From sequence record DRR723986_18836: a stretch of DNA of 20,000 nucleotides. The stretch is one strand, 5' to 3'. The stretch's first letter is position 1; every line of letters starts with the position of its first letter. The notes under the pieces were generated by a model, which ran no database searches, was not told the origin of the DNA, and saw only the letters and a program-made list of their open reading frames with translations. The position numbers and the translations under genes were made by a program. Below are positions 17,419-20,000 of the stretch, one piece after another.

Positions 17419-18216
17419 CTAACAACCTAATACTCCAAAGGAAATAGTTAGCATTTGATCTACTTTTTCACCATTATTATTTTCTGCTGGTATCCAAGAA
17501 CCAGCGGTATTAGAAATGAGTTCTAGTAGCTTATCGTCTACATTAGGATAACCAGAGGAATTATCTGTTTTAGCACTCTTAATTGTGCCATTTTCAGTAA
17601 CAATAAAACTAATGTTTGCTGGTTTTAATTTGTCATTATCTATGTTAATTCTTGCTGATTTACTATTGTCATCAAGATAAGAAATTAGTGATTTCTTGCC
17701 ATCTAAAAATTCAGCTTGCTTTTCTGGAACAACACTAATATAAGGTGTCCAAGTGCTGTTTTGCAGTTCACCATCTTCAAAACTTCTCTCTCTGTAATCA
17801 GATCAAATCAATAAATTAGTTGCATAGTCAGCAGATTGTAATAGTTTGATTTGAGCGTCATTAAAATCACCACCTTTTCCGTTTTCTCTTATGTCTGTTT
17901 TTTCGGTTCCATCTAGTAAAATTACATTTAATGAATAGTATTTTACTATTCTGTCAGCATGTTCTTCTGCAATAAAATCACGGAAGGATTTTACCTTATT
18001 TAATTCAGACTTTTTTATTGGATTAAATCTCGGAGCGACATCAAAGATGAAATCAGAATTTATATGCTTCTTTATAATTACAGGTAATTCCGTATTACTC
18101 GCTAAATCTTGATTTTCTAATACAGTTTCCTCGTTTTTTTGAGCATCATTATTATTACATGTATAGAAACAAATAAAGAATAATAATCCACTAAGTGCTA
18201 TAATATGCTTTTTCAT
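17419..18216 (-). pseudogene. Exported protein with TonB C-terminal-like domain, interrupted by an in-frame TGA
   Basis: After TGA at 17803-17805 the same frame stays open for 127 codons: SDYRERSF...PEKQAEFLDGKKSLISYL...ISFIVTENGTIKS...SSGYPNVD...WIPAENNNGEKVDQMLTISFGVLGC*; -7 element TACATTTG on minus strand at 18246-18253. Confidence 0.8.
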
Positions 18217-18330
18217 AACTATTTATTATTTAAGTTCAACATTATCAAATGTATCGCTCTATTTGGGTTTTGCAGCTATAAAAAATGTAAAAAAAGTGTC
18301 AATTCTTTGTAAACACCTAGGTTAGGAGAG

Positions 18331-19116
18331 TTACCTTAAATATATATTGGTAACTAATTGAGCCACTGTTGGATGGTCATTACCACCAGCAGATTCTATA
18401 GTAATATTTAAGGATTCGGCATGGTCAATGTAATTCATTGCCATAAGGTTTTTATTTTTTGAAATAACGCCCATGTTTATCATTTCACCTTCAACATCTG
18501 CCCACATTTGGTAATCATGAGCTTTATCTAATTCAGGTAATCGCTCTGTATTAATCACAACAGATTTTGTTTTATGATTTACATAACTTATAACTTTACC
18601 ATTTGGGAGTAAGCTATTACCTTTAAGAATGTACTGCTCTGTGTCAGGATCTGTAATAGCAGCGTACAATTCTTTTTTAGTGCTTAATTCTTGGTTTAGA
18701 GTTTCTATAGTAGAGTTTAACTCTGAATTATTGTTTTCTACTGTTTGTAGTTGTTGTTTAACATCATTAAGTTGGTTAAACATCCAAATACTACCAACCA
18801 TTAATAGAGCTGCTACACTGGCAGCTATACCAAGATAAAATCTTGAGTTATTACGTTTGTCTAGGTTCACAACCTTTGTTTTGACTTTAGAAACAGAAAT
18901 TTTTTCTAATAGTTGAGTTTTTACAATAGCTGGAGGATTTATAGCATTTTCTAATCCAAGTAATTCAAAGTCTTCCTCTAGCTTATCAAAATGAGCCTTA
19001 AGGTCAGCATTTGATGCAAGGAGTTGCTCAACTTCATAACATTCTTTTTCGTTGAGTTCGCCAAGCAAATATTGCTCTAAATATCCTTCTTCTAAAAGCA
19101 ACTTCTTATTCATCAT
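18331..19116 (-). CDS. RskA-type anti-sigma factor
   Basis: LEQYLLGEL...PPAIVK N-terminal domain, TM helix, coiled coil, DYQMWA, MGVI, LNITIE.AGG..HPT RskA C-domain; start overlaps the sigma stop. Confidence 0.88.
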   Translation of the reverse strand: MMNKKLLLEEGYLEQYLLGELNEKECYEVEQLLASNADLKAHFDKLEEDFELLGLENAINPPAIVKTQLLEKISVSKVKTKVVNLDKRNNSRFYLGIAASVAALLMVGSIWMFNQLNDVKQQLQTVENNNSELNSTIETLNQELSTKKELYAAITDPDTEQYILKGNSLLPNGKVISYVNHKTKSVVINTERLPELDKAHDYQMWADVEGEMINMGVISKNKNLMAMNYIDHAESLNITIESAGGNDHPTVAQLVTNIYLR

Positions 19117-19670
19117 CCTAGTGCATTTAGTATTAGTATAACTATACTTATTGTTTTAGAATAAGTATTTCTTAAATGCTTTAAAGCTTGCCTTATATAC
19201 GATTTAAATGTGCCCAAGGGTACATTCATTTCCCCGTGTGCTTCTCTGTGTGTTAATCCTTTAAAATAAACCAGTTCTATAGCCACTTTATGATGTTCCT
19301 CTAATTTAGTTACTGCACCATTTAATTCCAAATATTCAGGGTCTATACTAATATCATCTTCTTTATTATCATATACACTAAAATCATCGGTTTGGATGAG
19401 CGGATCAGTTTTTCTCAGAACATTTAACACTTTATTCTTTGCGATACGATAAACCCAAGTGTAAAATCTGCCTTTTTCAGAATTGTAGCTTTCAGCTTTA
19501 TTCCAAACCGTCATAAAGGTGTCCTGTAAGATATTTTGAGCTTTACCTTCGTCCTTAATCATTTTTAAAATGACACTGTAAATTGCACCAGAATATTTGT
19601 CATATAATAGTGATAGCGCACGCTCATCTTTATTTTTTAATTGATCAATAAGTCCGTTATCGTTGTGCAT
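19113..19670 (-). CDS. ECF RNA polymerase sigma factor (SigK-like)
   Basis: DERALSLLYDKYSGAIY, LQDTFMTVW, GRFYTWVYRIAKN region 2; YFKGLTHRE..VPLGTFKS region 4. Confidence 0.92.
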   Translation of the reverse strand: MHNDNGLIDQLKNKDERALSLLYDKYSGAIYSVILKMIKDEGKAQNILQDTFMTVWNKAESYNSEKGRFYTWVYRIAKNKVLNVLRKTDPLIQTDDFSVYDNKEDDISIDPEYLELNGAVTKLEEHHKVAIELVYFKGLTHREAHGEMNVPLGTFKSYIRQALKHLRNTYSKTISIVILILNALG

Positions 19671-19704
19671 TAGTGTTAAAGATTTCCCAAAAATAAATTG
19701 TAAC

Positions 19705-19730
19705 TCATCCAGAGCTAACAAGGCTGTGTA
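19705..19730 (+). promoter_or_regulatory. Candidate ECF (SigK-like) promoter for the fasciclin gene
   Basis: TCATCC-N16-TGTA about 70 nt upstream of ATG 19800. Confidence 0.45.
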
Positions 19731-19799
19731 AATATAAATGAAAGCACTTCAAAAACGAAATAAGTGCATTAAATAGTTTAACCAATAATTAAAAAAATT

Positions 19800-20000
19800 A
19801 TGAAAAAGTTAGTTTTTATTTTAACCACATTTGTTGCCTTAACAATTTCACAATCAGCAACGGCTCAAAAAACAATTGTTGACGCAGCAGTTAGCAATGA
19901 GAACTTCACTACACTTGTAGCAGCATTAAAAGCAGCAGATTTAGTTGGAGCTTTACAGGGAGATGGACCTTTTACAGTATTTGCACCAACAAATGATGCT
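19800..20000 (+). CDS. Secreted fasciclin (FAS1, MPB70-like) domain protein, 3'-partial, absent from the ORF track
   Basis: [75 protein letters not shown] is the FAS1 H1 motif. Confidence 0.93.
   Translation, partial: MKKLVFILTTFVALTISQSATAQKTIVDAAVSNENFTTLVAALKAADLVGALQGDGPFTVFAPTNDA

Noticed and set aside
17803..17805. Stop-codon reassignment (TGA or TAG) or selenocysteine explaining the internal stops
   Set aside because: TGA ends the sigma gene (19113-19115) and TAG ends several genes (6556, 15713, 17361). TGG is used normally for Trp, the TAG case sits in an already deleted gene, and the context is not a redox Cys site.
10593..18838. Short ORFs 10593-10787 and 18629-18838
   Set aside because: Antisense to the DPP III and anti-sigma genes; no coding evidence
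1..20000. CRISPR array, tRNA/rRNA, IS element, prophage or defence island
   Set aside because: No periodic repeats, RNA-gene signatures, transposase or integrase seen; the MazG-like gene sits in housekeeping context

Overview
AT-rich core-chromosome window from a Flavobacteriaceae-like bacterium (Winogradskyella-like by my recollection of gene content; Bacteroidota TAnnTTTG promoters throughout). It carries purU, icmF, a short DEAD-like domain, an Lrp regulator, DUF1684, crcB, an SRPBCC/GyrI protein, a DPP III lipoprotein, DUF5723, a MazG-like protein, ilvE, DUF4920, a CxxCH lipoprotein, mnmD, a TIGR01777 oxidoreductase, a TonB-C-like gene and an ECF sigma/RskA/fasciclin module. I see no mobile element, RNA gene, CRISPR array or clearly new multi-gene system. 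The most striking signal is a dense set of gene-erosion scars that the ORF track hides: an OmpA gene collapsed to its two ends, an apparent deletion-fusion at the DUF1684 5' end, a headless DUF5723 gene, an in-frame TGA splitting a TonB-C gene, and PurU lacking conserved active-site histidines. Family calls come from motif recognition, not database searches.
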